Source of the DNA: Candidatus Methylomirabilota bacterium
GTDB taxonomy: Bacteria; Methylomirabilota; Methylomirabilia; Rokubacteriales; CSP1-6
NCBI GenBank assembly: GCA_046726415.1
Contig: JBKPAK010000204.1
Span: forward strand, 1-16,905
Length of the DNA stretch: 16,905 nucleotides
Direction: 5' to 3'
Shown here: positions 1 to 8,144 of the stretch, one piece after another
Layout of the letters: the number at the start of each line of letters is the position of its first letter
How positions within the stretch are numbered: position 1 is the first letter of the stretch
Program-made: the position numbers and the translations under genes
Notes under the pieces: model-generated
The model's input: only the letters and a program-made list of their open reading frames with translations
What the model was told of the DNA's origin: nothing
The model's database searches: none

Positions 1-1
1 C

Positions 2-1255
2 ATCGCGAGCGTGTCCGGCGGCGTTCCTCGACTGGTCAATCTGCTCGGCAGTGCGGCGCTGGCCACGGGGGAACGCCAGGGCGCTCGACGCGTGGAGCCG
101 AATATCGTCGATGACGTGGCTGCGGAGTTGGGCCTCGTCGCGTCGGTGACGAGTGCGCGGCCGGTCGGTACGCCTCCAGGCGACCCACCACGGCCGACCC
201 CGAGACCGGCCCGGGCCAACAACCGCCCCTCAGCGTCTCGCGAGGGACTCCCGCCGAAGCACGTGCCATTGGCTGGGATGACTGCGGCCGCGCTGATCGC
301 GGGCGCAGTGGCGATGTTGCTCGTTCTCCCGTTGCTTCCGCGGACCAGTCCCACGGCTCCGCCCGCCTCCAATGTCCCCGCCCGGTCTCCAAGCGATCGA
401 GCCGGCGCGCCGCCTGCCGCCGATCCATCTGGCCCGGCCTCTGAAGGCGCCCACGCCCAGGTGACCGAGCCCTTGGGCGTGTCTCAAGCGACGGAGGGCA
501 CAGGGACAGGAGAGCTCCCTGCTAAGACGCCGAGCCCCGATCCTCGCGTACCCGACCTGCCGCCTTTCGATCGCCCGTCGAGAACGAGTGGGTTCCCGCA
601 GACGTTGCCTCGATTCGAGAGCCCGAGCGGCGGTGGACGGACGACCGCGGCTCGGCGAAGCTCAACCCCGCAGCCGGCTTTCGGCGAGCGCGAGAAGGAC
701 GTGGTGCTGCTTCGAAAGGTCGAGACCAGAGATGTGCCCGGGGTCCGCGCCGTGCTTGCCGCCCGGGCGTCGCCGGACGCGACCGATCGGACGGGGCTGA
801 CGGCTCTGATGCTCGCGGTCATCCATGGCGATCCGACCATCGTCGGCGCCTTGCTCGACGCTGGAGCCAGTGTCGACGCCAGGAACAATGCTGGGCAGAC
901 GGCGTTGATCATGGCGGCCATCAACAACAACCGCGCAGTGGCCAGGACGCTGTTGGCCCGCGGGGCAGACGTCAACGCGCGCACCTCGTCCGGCTGGACT
1001 GCCCTCATGTACGCGGCCTGGAAGGGACAGCCAGAGATGACGCGCCTGCTTCTCGATCACGGAGCGGACCCGAGTCTGCGCGATGGCTCGGGGTGGACGG
1101 CCCGACGCTACGCCGCCTGGCAAGTCGGCGAGCCCACGTCCACCGACGGCGAGGGCGGCACCACGCGCGTCGACAAGAACAAGCCTTCCGCGCAGGTCGG
1201 TCCCGGACACTTCGAGGTGCTCAAGCTCTTGACCGAACCCAGGCGGGGACAATAG
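2..1255 (+). CDS. 5'-truncated ExeA/GspA-like AAA ATPase C-terminal part + TM helix + Pro-rich linker + ankyrin repeats
   Basis: Frame is open from base 2 (IASVSGGVPRLVNLLGSAAL...IVDDVAAEL), resembling the ExeA-family post-ATPase 'SGG(I/V)PRL(I/V)N' motif. Hydrophobic segment at ~263-340, then a Pro/Ser/Thr-rich linker, then ankyrin repeats (GLTALMLA, GQTALIMAA, GWTALMYAA...GADVNAR). TAG at 1253-1255. The true start lies left of the window. Confidence 0.8.
   Translation: MASVSGGVPRLVNLLGSAALATGERQGARRVEPNIVDDVAAELGLVASVTSARPVGTPPGDPPRPTPRPARANNRPSASREGLPPKHVPLAGMTAAALIAGAVAMLLVLPLLPRTSPTAPPASNVPARSPSDRAGAPPAADPSGPASEGAHAQVTEPLGVSQATEGTGTGELPAKTPSPDPRVPDLPPFDRPSRTSGFPQTLPRFESPSGGGRTTAARRSSTPQPAFGEREKDVVLLRKVETRDVPGVRAVLAARASPDATDRTGLTALMLAVIHGDPTIVGALLDAGASVDARNNAGQTALIMAAINNNRAVARTLLARGADVNARTSSGWTALMYAAWKGQPEMTRLLLDHGADPSLRDGSGWTARRYAAWQVGEPTSTDGEGGTTRVDKNKPSAQVGPGHFEVLKLLTEPRRGQ
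701..1231 (+). repeat. Ankyrin repeat array (3 canonical repeats plus degenerate capping repeats), protein-level
   Basis: 33-aa periodicity of G-x-T-A-L-x-x-A...L-L-x-x-G-A-(D/S)-(V/P) in the translation. Confidence 0.9.
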
Positions 1256-1418
1256 TGGGTCGGCATCGCAGCGACGACCTCGAGGGCCGGCTAGCGTTCG
1301 CCTCGTCCCACCAGGATCCACACGCGCTCGAACGACCCCGCGGCCCGTTCCGCGATCCGTTGTCGATTGAGCCGGGCGGTCGGCTGAGCGCCGGCTAACT
1401 TGCCGAGACCGACCGGGT

Positions 1419-1450
1419 GGCCCGAGGACAGGCTCTGTCGATCTCGGGCC
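1419..1450. other. GC-rich stem-loop in intergenic region
   Basis: GGCCCGAG-GACAG-gct-CTGTC-gat-CTCGGGCC: 8-bp outer and 5-bp inner stems with a 3-nt bulge; no U-tract. Confidence 0.45.
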
Positions 1451-1489
1451 GGCTCGTTCGACTATGCGGTCAGGAAGGAGGGTCGACCA

Positions 1490-1549
1490 ATGGACCACAC
1501 GCTCGTGCACTTCGAGATTCCGGCGGATGACCCCGAGCGAGCGGCGCAA
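1490..1549 (+). pseudogene. 5' stub of a VOC/glyoxalase-family gene
   Basis: Strong SD (AGGAAGGAGG, 1472-1481) then ATG 1490 encoding MDHTLVHFEIPADDPERAAQ, the typical VOC N-terminus (normally continuing KFY..LFGW). Similarity stops after ~19 codons. Confidence 0.7.
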
Positions 1550-1639
1550 GAAGTAGGTGGCCGCACTCGATCGCCGGTTGAACGGCGGGGGATCAGCGAG
1601 CGTCGGATCTTCGCCAACTCGCGACGAAGGAGGGCGTTC

Positions 1640-3811
1640 ATGAGCACCAAGCGCGTGCGTGCCGTGGCGGCGGTGGCCCTGTGCCTGGGTGGCATCGCGG
1701 GATCGACCGGCTCATCCGCGGCGGACTCGGCGCCGCTCTTTGTCGTGCCGCGCAGTCTGCAGGTGACATCCTATGACGGCGTTTCCGACGACCTCCTCTC
1801 GGGCGGCCTCAACTTGGCCGGCCTCGTCAACCCGGTGCCGCCGGGCTTCGTCGACCCACTCAACCCAACTCCGGCGGAACTGCGGCGCCGCGGTATTCAC
1901 GGGAATTTTCGGGGCATCGTTGACCCCGTGCTCGCGGGGGGAATGGGCCTCCTCTGGGGACCGCAGTCGCCGGGTACCCCAAGCTTCCCCGGGGTGCCGT
2001 TCGGGTTGATCCCCGGTGTCGAGTACAAGGCATATCTGCGAGTGCACGACATCTTCGGGAACACCAACAACGTCCTCGCGGTTGTCCAGATTCCCCGTCA
2101 TTTCGACCAGGCAAGACCGTGCATCGTGGCCATTCCCCCGTCGGGGTCGCGCGGCGCGTACGGGGGCATCGCCATCGGCGAGTGGGGTCTCTTCCGCGGC
2201 TGCGCCGTCGCGCTGCCCGGCAAGGGCACGGGTACGGGCTTCCACCTGCTCGGCGGCGACACGGCCGCCTATGCCGTCGACGACATCGACGGAGTGTTCG
2301 GCCCGGTCGATCAGATCGGCGCGAATGCGCAATTTGCGGTGAAGGATTCGCGTCGGCTCGACAGCTTCATCGCAGAGCACCGCCATCGGATCGCCACGAA
2401 GCATGCGCACTCGCAGATCAATCCCGAGCGGCTCTGGGGACATTTCGCCCTCAAAGGCATCGAGTTCGCCCTCTGGGCGCTCAACGATCATTTTCAGACT
2501 CCCGGTCTACGAGGTTTCACGAGCCGCAACACCATCGTCATCGCGGCGGCCGCCTCGAACGGCGCCGGCGCGGCGCTTCGCGCGCTCGAGGATGACGACC
2601 AGCACCTCATCCACGGCCTGGTGGTCACCGAGCCCAACATCGGCCCCCGATCAGAGCCCTTTGCCATTCGCTTCGGCGACGATCCTCTCTTCTACCCGGC
2701 CGGCCGCAGCATCTACGATTCGATCACCCTGATGGGCACCTATGCCCCGTGCGCGGCGCTCGCGCCGACGCTGGCGGGCACGCCGTTTTTCGGCCTGCCG
2801 CCCCTGGGCGCTCCACCCGACGCGCTCCGGAACCGCTGCACCTCGCTGAAGGAGAAAGGGCTGATCTCGGGCGGCACCGTCGCCGAGCAGTCCGCGTCCG
2901 CGCTGGCGGTCCTGCGAGCGAACGGATACGCGGTGGCCCAGGACTGGGGTATCGCGTCGCACGAGGTGCTCAACCTGTGGCGCTCGTTGCATCCCACGTA
3001 CGCCGCCGCGTATGGGCGCTTCGCCGTGTGGGAGAACGTCTGCGACGTGAGCTTCGCGGCGACCGATGCGGCGGGCCGGCCCGCGCCTCTTCCCGAAGAG
3101 GTGGCGAAGCGGCTCTTCGCCGACAGCTCAGGGATCCCGGCGACCGGCGGCATCAACCTGATCGCCGACAACGCCCAGAACGGCCCGATCCTCGAGAACC
3201 TGGCGGTCTCTCTCTCGACGGACCGCGCTGACCTCAACCTGGACGGCGCGCTGTGCTTCAGGTACCTGGCGACCGGCGACCCGAGCCTGCTCCTGGGGCT
3301 CGATCTGCGCGCTCGCCTGCAGGCCATCTTGAACCTCGCCAGAGTGCGTTTCGGCGTCCGCGAAATCCGGACCACCGGACGCCTGCACGGCCGCCCCGCG
3401 CTCATCTTTCACGGCCGCCAGGACGCGCTCGTCTTCCCGAACACCCAGTCGCGGGCCTACTACGCCCTTAACCAAGTGGCGGAGGGGGAAAGAAGTCGGC
3501 TCAGCTACATCGAGGTGACGCCGGCGCAGCACTTCGACGCCTTCATTTCGTCGTTGTTTCTGAACCCGGCGACGGGCGGGGCGCAGTTCGCCCCGCTTCA
3601 CTTCTACCTCCTCTGGGGCCTGGACCGGATGATGGAGCACCTCACCAGCGGCGCCCCGCTGCCGCCCGCGCAGGTCGTGCGGCCGACGCCGCGCGGCATC
3701 CAGCCGTACACTGCGGCCAACGTGCCGACCTTGTTGCCGGTGCCGTCCCTGACCCCGGCGCCGGGAGACCAGATCACATTCGAGGGCGGCGTGCTGGCGA
3801 TCCCGGAGTGA
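1640..3811 (+). CDS. D-(-)-3-hydroxybutyrate oligomer hydrolase family protein, predicted secreted
   Basis: SD AAGGAGG before ATG 1640 and a Sec-like signal peptide (MSTKRVRAVAAVALCLGG...SSAA). Family motifs YDGVSDDLL, PTPAELRR, SGSRGAYG, GEWGL..GCAV, KHAHSQ.NPE, SNG (Ser codon 2555-2557), HGRQDAL, AQHFDAF. Confidence 0.88.
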   Translation: MSTKRVRAVAAVALCLGGIAGSTGSSAADSAPLFVVPRSLQVTSYDGVSDDLLSGGLNLAGLVNPVPPGFVDPLNPTPAELRRRGIHGNFRGIVDPVLAGGMGLLWGPQSPGTPSFPGVPFGLIPGVEYKAYLRVHDIFGNTNNVLAVVQIPRHFDQARPCIVAIPPSGSRGAYGGIAIGEWGLFRGCAVALPGKGTGTGFHLLGGDTAAYAVDDIDGVFGPVDQIGANAQFAVKDSRRLDSFIAEHRHRIATKHAHSQINPERLWGHFALKGIEFALWALNDHFQTPGLRGFTSRNTIVIAAAASNGAGAALRALEDDDQHLIHGLVVTEPNIGPRSEPFAIRFGDDPLFYPAGRSIYDSITLMGTYAPCAALAPTLAGTPFFGLPPLGAPPDALRNRCTSLKEKGLISGGTVAEQSASALAVLRANGYAVAQDWGIASHEVLNLWRSLHPTYAAAYGRFAVWENVCDVSFAATDAAGRPAPLPEEVAKRLFADSSGIPATGGINLIADNAQNGPILENLAVSLSTDRADLNLDGALCFRYLATGDPSLLLGLDLRARLQAILNLARVRFGVREIRTTGRLHGRPALIFHGRQDALVFPNTQSRAYYALNQVAEGERSRLSYIEVTPAQHFDAFISSLFLNPATGGAQFAPLHFYLLWGLDRMMEHLTSGAPLPPAQVVRPTPRGIQPYTAANVPTLLPVPSLTPAPGDQITFEGGVLAIPE

Positions 3812-3829
3812 CCCGGGCCCCGAGGTAGC

Positions 3830-3854
3830 CCCGCGAGCCTCGTATGCTCGCGGG
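3830..3854. terminator. Hairpin between convergent genes, possible bidirectional terminator
   Basis: CCCGCGAGC-ctcgtat-GCTCGCGGG perfect 9-bp stem between the stops at 3811 and 3863; no U-tract on either side. Confidence 0.55.
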
Positions 3855-3862
3855 CCGAATCG

Positions 3863-4279
3863 CTATGACCAGGGTTGCATCTTCGGACCGAGGCCGCCGA
3901 TCCGATCGACGCTGATGCGCACGCTCAGTCGCTTTTCCCCGGGCTGACGAAAGGGATACTTGTCGGCGTTCAGAAATCGCTTGGCGAGTTTGTCGATGTG
4001 ATCGTCGGCGCCCGTCTCCGTGACCCGGGCCTTGCCGTGGAAGACCGCGTAGGCCTGGGGGTCGTTGCGGTCCTGCACGGACACGATGATGCGGGGATCG
4101 CGGCGCAGGTTCTGCGGCTTGTTTCGCCCCTCGGCAGTGTTGAAGGTGACCTCGTCGCCGTCCACGTCCATCCACACCATCGTGAGCTGCGGCTTGCCCT
4201 GGGCGTTGAACGTCACTACGTGCCCGTAGGCTTTGTCCTGCAGGAGCTTCTTCACGGACTGTGGCAGGCTGACCGGCAT
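3863..4279 (-). CDS. PPOX-class (pyridoxamine 5'-phosphate oxidase-like split beta-barrel) probable F420-dependent oxidoreductase
   Basis: SD AAGGAG before ATG 4279; 138 aa with G.PQLT.VW, FNTAEGRNK..NLRRDPR, HIDKLAKRF...YPF..PGEKR motifs typical of this family. Confidence 0.88.
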   Translation of the reverse strand: MPVSLPQSVKKLLQDKAYGHVVTFNAQGKPQLTMVWMDVDGDEVTFNTAEGRNKPQNLRRDPRIIVSVQDRNDPQAYAVFHGKARVTETGADDHIDKLAKRFLNADKYPFRQPGEKRLSVRISVDRIGGLGPKMQPWS

Positions 4280-4385
4280 GACGGGGCTCCTTTCCGCGTG
4301 ACCGATGATGGACACCTGAAGCATTCCACGAAGCAAGTAATGCGACCCATTATCCTCCACGGAGTGGCGCGATGGGCGACGCTTC

Positions 4386-4660
4386 CGCGTCACCGCCTAC
4401 GCCGAGCGGGTCACCCGCGCCCTGCGCGGGGCCGGCCGGCGTGTGGAGCTGAACGCGCGGGGGGACAAGATCGGGGCGAAGATCCGCGACGCGCAGCGAC
4501 AGAAGGTCCCGTTCATGCTGGTGCTGGGCGACCGCGAGGCCGAGGGGGAGGCGGTGGCCGTGCGGGAGCGCTCCCGGGACGATCTGGCGTCATGTCGCTC
4601 GCGGAGTTTGAGCCGATGGCGCTCGGACTCGTCCGGTCGCGCGCGGTGACGCTGGAGTAG
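4386..4660 (+). pseudogene. thrS: 3' fragment of threonyl-tRNA synthetase (anticodon-binding domain), frameshifted
   Basis: Translation RVTAYAERVTRALRGAGRRVELNARGDKIGAKIRDAQRQKVPFMLVLGDREAEGEAVAVRERSRDDL, then after a 1-nt loss at ~4586 GVMSLAEFEPMALGLVRSRAVTLE* (TAG 4658-4660). In-frame TAA at 4338-4340 upstream; no catalytic domain and no SD-led start. Confidence 0.82.
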
Positions 4661-4687
4661 CCGGACACGGACAGGGAGCGGTGGATC

Positions 4688-5572
4688 TCACCGCACCTTT
4701 AGAAGGTCGCGGAGCCCATCGCCCACCAGGTTAACCGAGAGGACGGTCAGGGCCAGGAACATCCCGGGGAACAGGATGATCCAGAAGGCCAGCTGCACGT
4801 AGGCCCGGCCCTCGGCCATGATGTTGCCCCAGGACGGGATGTGAGGCGGGGTGCCGGCACCGAGGAACGAAAGGTAGGCCTCGAACAGCATGGCCGACGC
4901 GCAGATGTAGGTGGCCTGGACGAGGAGGGGGGCCACCAGGGCCGGGAGGATGTAGCGGACGAGGATGCGCGGCGTCCCCACGCCGAGGGCGCGGGCGGCC
5001 TCCACCATGACCGTCTCGCGCAGCGAGAGGACCAGTGAGCGCACCACGCGGACGACTCGCGGGATCTCGGGGATCACCAGGGCGATGATCACGTTGCGCA
5101 CGCTGGCTCGCATGAGGGCCATCAGGGCCAGGGCCAGCAGGATCGCCGGGATGGCCATGAGGCCGTCCATGACGCGCATGGCCACGCCGTCCACGCGACG
5201 GTAGAAGGCGATGACCAGGCCGAGGCAGGTGCCGAGGACGAGGCTGAGGATGGAGACGGCGCTGCCCACGGTGAGGGAGATGCGCGTGCCGTAGAGCGTG
5301 CGCGTGTAGATGTCGCGGCCGAAGTGGTCGGAGCCGAACCAGCGCTCGGCGGAGGGCGGGCGGAGCCGCTGGGCCGGTCGGATGCTCAGGGGGTCGCCCG
5401 TCCACCACGCCGGGGCGAAGACGCCGGCCCCCGCCACCAGGAGCAGCACCAGCGCGCCGACGATGAGGGTGGGGTGGCGCGTCAGGGCGCGGCGCAGGAG
5501 GGTGGTCACGCCGGCAGGCGCCTCCGCCACCGGCAGGGCCAGGTCGGATGGAGCCGGCGAGGAAATGGCCAC
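4688..5572 (-). CDS. Peptide/nickel ABC transporter permease (DppC/OppC-like)
   Basis: FGSDHFGRDIYTR..YGTRISL, EAARALG (EAA loop), PSWGNIMAEG, NLVGDGLRD. Likely GTG start at 5572, just after the upstream permease stop. Confidence 0.9.
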   Translation of the reverse strand: MAISSPAPSDLALPVAEAPAGVTTLLRRALTRHPTLIVGALVLLLVAGAGVFAPAWWTGDPLSIRPAQRLRPPSAERWFGSDHFGRDIYTRTLYGTRISLTVGSAVSILSLVLGTCLGLVIAFYRRVDGVAMRVMDGLMAIPAILLALALMALMRASVRNVIIALVIPEIPRVVRVVRSLVLSLRETVMVEAARALGVGTPRILVRYILPALVAPLLVQATYICASAMLFEAYLSFLGAGTPPHIPSWGNIMAEGRAYVQLAFWIILFPGMFLALTVLSVNLVGDGLRDLLKVR

Positions 5573-5583
5573 TCCGGGCGGCC

Positions 5584-6525
5584 TCAGTACCGGATCCGCG
5601 GGTCGAGGACCACGTAGAGGACGTCGATGACGAGGTTGATCATCACGTACACGGCGGAGACGACCAGGATCACCCCCTGGATGACCGGATAGTCGCGCCG
5701 GATGATGGCATCCACGGTCAGGCGGCCCAGGCCCGGCAAGGCGTAGACGCTCTCGGTGACCACGGCGCCGCCGATGAGGAGGGCGAACCCGAGACCGATG
5801 ATGGTGACTACGGGCAGCGAGGCGTTCTTGAGGGCGTGCCGGACGAGCACGCTGCGCGGGGCCAGGCCCTTGGCGAAGGCGGTCCTGATGTAGTCCTCGC
5901 CGAGCACGCCGAGCATGCTCGCCCGAGTCATGCGGGCGATGAGGGCCATGTACACGACCGACAGGGTGACGGCCGGCAGGGTCAGGTGGCGAAGGGTGCC
6001 GCCGAAGCCGCCGGCCAGCGGGGCGTAGCCCTGCACGGGGAGCCAGGAGAAGGAGATGGCGAACACGTAGACGAGGAGAAAGCCTAGCCAGAAGACGGGC
6101 ATGGAGAAGCCGGAGACGGCGAAGATCATCACGACGCGGTCGAGCCACGAGCCCTGCCGCCATGCTGCCACGATCCCCAGGGGAACGCCCACGCACACGC
6201 TGATCACCATGGCGTAGAGGGTGAGGACGATGGTCACCTCCGCCCGCTGGGCAATGAGCCGGGTCACGGGCAGTCCCGAGAAGATGGACGCGCCGAGGTC
6301 GCCGCGCAGCACCTGGCCGAGCCAGATGCCCACCTGGCTGAGGAAGGGCTTGTCGAGGCCCAGCTTGGCGCGGATGCGCGCGATGTCCTCGGTGGTCGCG
6401 TAGTCGCCGGCGATGATGACGGCCGGATCGCCCGGGGTGAGATGCAGGAGGGCGAAGACGGCGATCGCCACCACCGCCATGACGGGGATGATGGCCACGA
6501 GCCGGCGGAGGATCTCCGCGAGCAT
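5584..6525 (-). CDS. Peptide/nickel ABC transporter permease (DppB/OppB-like)
   Basis: PGDPA, GDLG.S, HL.LPA.TL, EDYIRTAFAKGL, RDYPVIQG, LDPRIRY motifs; 313 aa. Confidence 0.95.
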   Translation of the reverse strand: MLAEILRRLVAIIPVMAVVAIAVFALLHLTPGDPAVIIAGDYATTEDIARIRAKLGLDKPFLSQVGIWLGQVLRGDLGASIFSGLPVTRLIAQRAEVTIVLTLYAMVISVCVGVPLGIVAAWRQGSWLDRVVMIFAVSGFSMPVFWLGFLLVYVFAISFSWLPVQGYAPLAGGFGGTLRHLTLPAVTLSVVYMALIARMTRASMLGVLGEDYIRTAFAKGLAPRSVLVRHALKNASLPVVTIIGLGFALLIGGAVVTESVYALPGLGRLTVDAIIRRDYPVIQGVILVVSAVYVMINLVIDVLYVVLDPRIRY

Positions 6526-6528
6526 TGG

Positions 6529-8118
6529 TCAGCTGATCTGCACGTTCCAGAAGAGCGGGGCGATGAACTTGAGGATACCCTGCACGTTCTTGCGGTGGGC
6601 GGTGGGCAGCATCCACTCCCCCCACGGCACGTAGGCCACCTCGTCGAGCGCCACCTTCTGGATCTCGTCGGCGAGCTGCTTGCGCCGGGACTGGTCGGTG
6701 GCGCGCACCCACTCGGTGATGAGCTTCTCGAGCTGAGGAATCTCCGGCCAGCCGAACCACGCGCCCGGCCCGGCGCCGGACACCCCGAAGTGCACGGCGG
6801 GATGCATGACATCGGCGGCCATCCACCAGGTGTGGAGCACGTTCCAGCCGCCCTTGTCGGGCGGCTCCTTCCTGGCGCGGGTGGCCAGGTTGGTGGACCA
6901 GTCCATGGCCTTGAGGTCGACGGTGAAGCCGATCTGGGTGAGCATGTCGCGCGTGACCAGGGCCGCCCCATTGAGGAGGGCGATGTCCGTCACGTGGATC
7001 ACCGTGACCGGCCGCCCGTCGTAGCCCGACTCCTTCACCAGCGCCCGCGCGCGCTCGAGGTTCTGCTTGACCAGCATCTCGTTTCCCGCGGCCGAGCGGT
7101 AGGGGCCGTTGCAGGCGAAGACGGAGTGACAGGGGCGGAAGTACCTGGGCACGCCGATGGCCGCCTGCAGGTACGTGGTCTGATCCATCATGGCCACCAA
7201 GGCCTGGCGCGCCTTCTTGTTGTTGAAGGGCGGATGCAGATGATTCGGGCGCAGCCAGCCCTGGGTGCCCGCCGGGTCGGGGAGGAACGTCGTCAGCGCC
7301 GCCGTCTGCTCGACCTTGGGAATGAAGTCGAGGGGCGGGATCTCCCACCAGTCGACTTCGCCGGCGGCCAGGGCTGCAGAGGCGGTGGCCGCGTCGGGGA
7401 TGTAGCGCCAGACGACCTTGTCCACGTTGACGACCTTGCTGCCGGTTGAGCCGCTGGGCGCTTCCTGGCGCGGCACGTAGTCGGGGTTCTTGACGTAGAC
7501 GACCTGATTCCCGGGCTGCCATTCGTCCTTGACGAACCTGAACGGACCCGAGCCGATGATCTCCTTGAGCTGCTCGTCGGCCGACGTTGCGGCCAGCCGC
7601 GCCGGCATCATGAACGGGGTGTTGCTCGATGGCTTGCCGAGGGCCTCCAGCACGGGGCCGAACCGCTCGCCGAGCTCCAAGGTGAACGTCCGCCGGTCGT
7701 CGGCGGCGATCTTCGCCGTGTGGGCCATGAGGAGCCGGCCGAAACGGTCCTTCTTGCCCCAGCGCTTGAGGGACTCCACGCAGTCCTCGGCGACCACGGG
7801 CTGGCCGTCGTGCCACTTGAGGCCGGAGCGCAGGGCGAAGCTGTACTTCATGCCGTCCTTCGACACGCTGTACCGCTCGACCATCTGCGGCTTCACCTGG
7901 AGCTTCTCGTCCGTGCCGAAGAGGGTGTCGTAGACCAGGTAGCTGTGGTTGCGCGTGATGTAGGCCGTCGTCCACACGGGGTCCAGGATCTTGAGATCGG
8001 CCTGGGCCACGAAGCGCAGGGTGCCTCCGCGCTTCTGGGCGTGGACGTGGGGGGCGGCCACCACCGCGCCCGCGGCGGCGGCGGTAGCCACGAAGCGGCG
8101 ACGTGTCAGCGCGCTCAT
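6529..8118 (-). CDS. ABC transporter substrate-binding protein, family 5 (DppA-like), Tat signal; paralog 2
   Basis: SD AAGGAGG before ATG 8118; MSALTRRRFV twin-arginine leader; GGTLRFV, LDPVWTT, YDTLF, IGSGPF.F, HPPFNN motifs; 529 aa. Confidence 0.93.
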   Translation of the reverse strand: MSALTRRRFVATAAAAGAVVAAPHVHAQKRGGTLRFVAQADLKILDPVWTTAYITRNHSYLVYDTLFGTDEKLQVKPQMVERYSVSKDGMKYSFALRSGLKWHDGQPVVAEDCVESLKRWGKKDRFGRLLMAHTAKIAADDRRTFTLELGERFGPVLEALGKPSSNTPFMMPARLAATSADEQLKEIIGSGPFRFVKDEWQPGNQVVYVKNPDYVPRQEAPSGSTGSKVVNVDKVVWRYIPDAATASAALAAGEVDWWEIPPLDFIPKVEQTAALTTFLPDPAGTQGWLRPNHLHPPFNNKKARQALVAMMDQTTYLQAAIGVPRYFRPCHSVFACNGPYRSAAGNEMLVKQNLERARALVKESGYDGRPVTVIHVTDIALLNGAALVTRDMLTQIGFTVDLKAMDWSTNLATRARKEPPDKGGWNVLHTWWMAADVMHPAVHFGVSGAGPGAWFGWPEIPQLEKLITEWVRATDQSRRKQLADEIQKVALDEVAYVPWGEWMLPTAHRKNVQGILKFIAPLFWNVQIS

Positions 8119-8144
8119 CGAATGGCCTCCTTCGGCGCTTCCGC

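Noticed and set aside
1291..1400. Minus-strand frame ending ...RQRIAERAAGSFERVWILVGRGER*, a possible further gene remnant
   Set aside because: Short, no start or SD, and no family recognised; cannot be distinguished from chance.
1400..1639. TTG 1400 as hydrolase start
   Set aside because: No SD; the signal peptide and SD point to ATG 1640.
4443..4649. Stand-alone functional anticodon-binding mini-protein
   Set aside because: Homology extends upstream of the GTG, there is no SD, and the C-terminus is frameshifted; a pseudogene is the simpler explanation.
4688..7975. 1095-aa ORF suggesting a giant permease fusion
   Set aside because: Only the last 294 aa are DppC-like. The upstream part is the same-strand frame starting on G/C-rich third codon positions of dppB and the SBP, which is naturally stop-poor.
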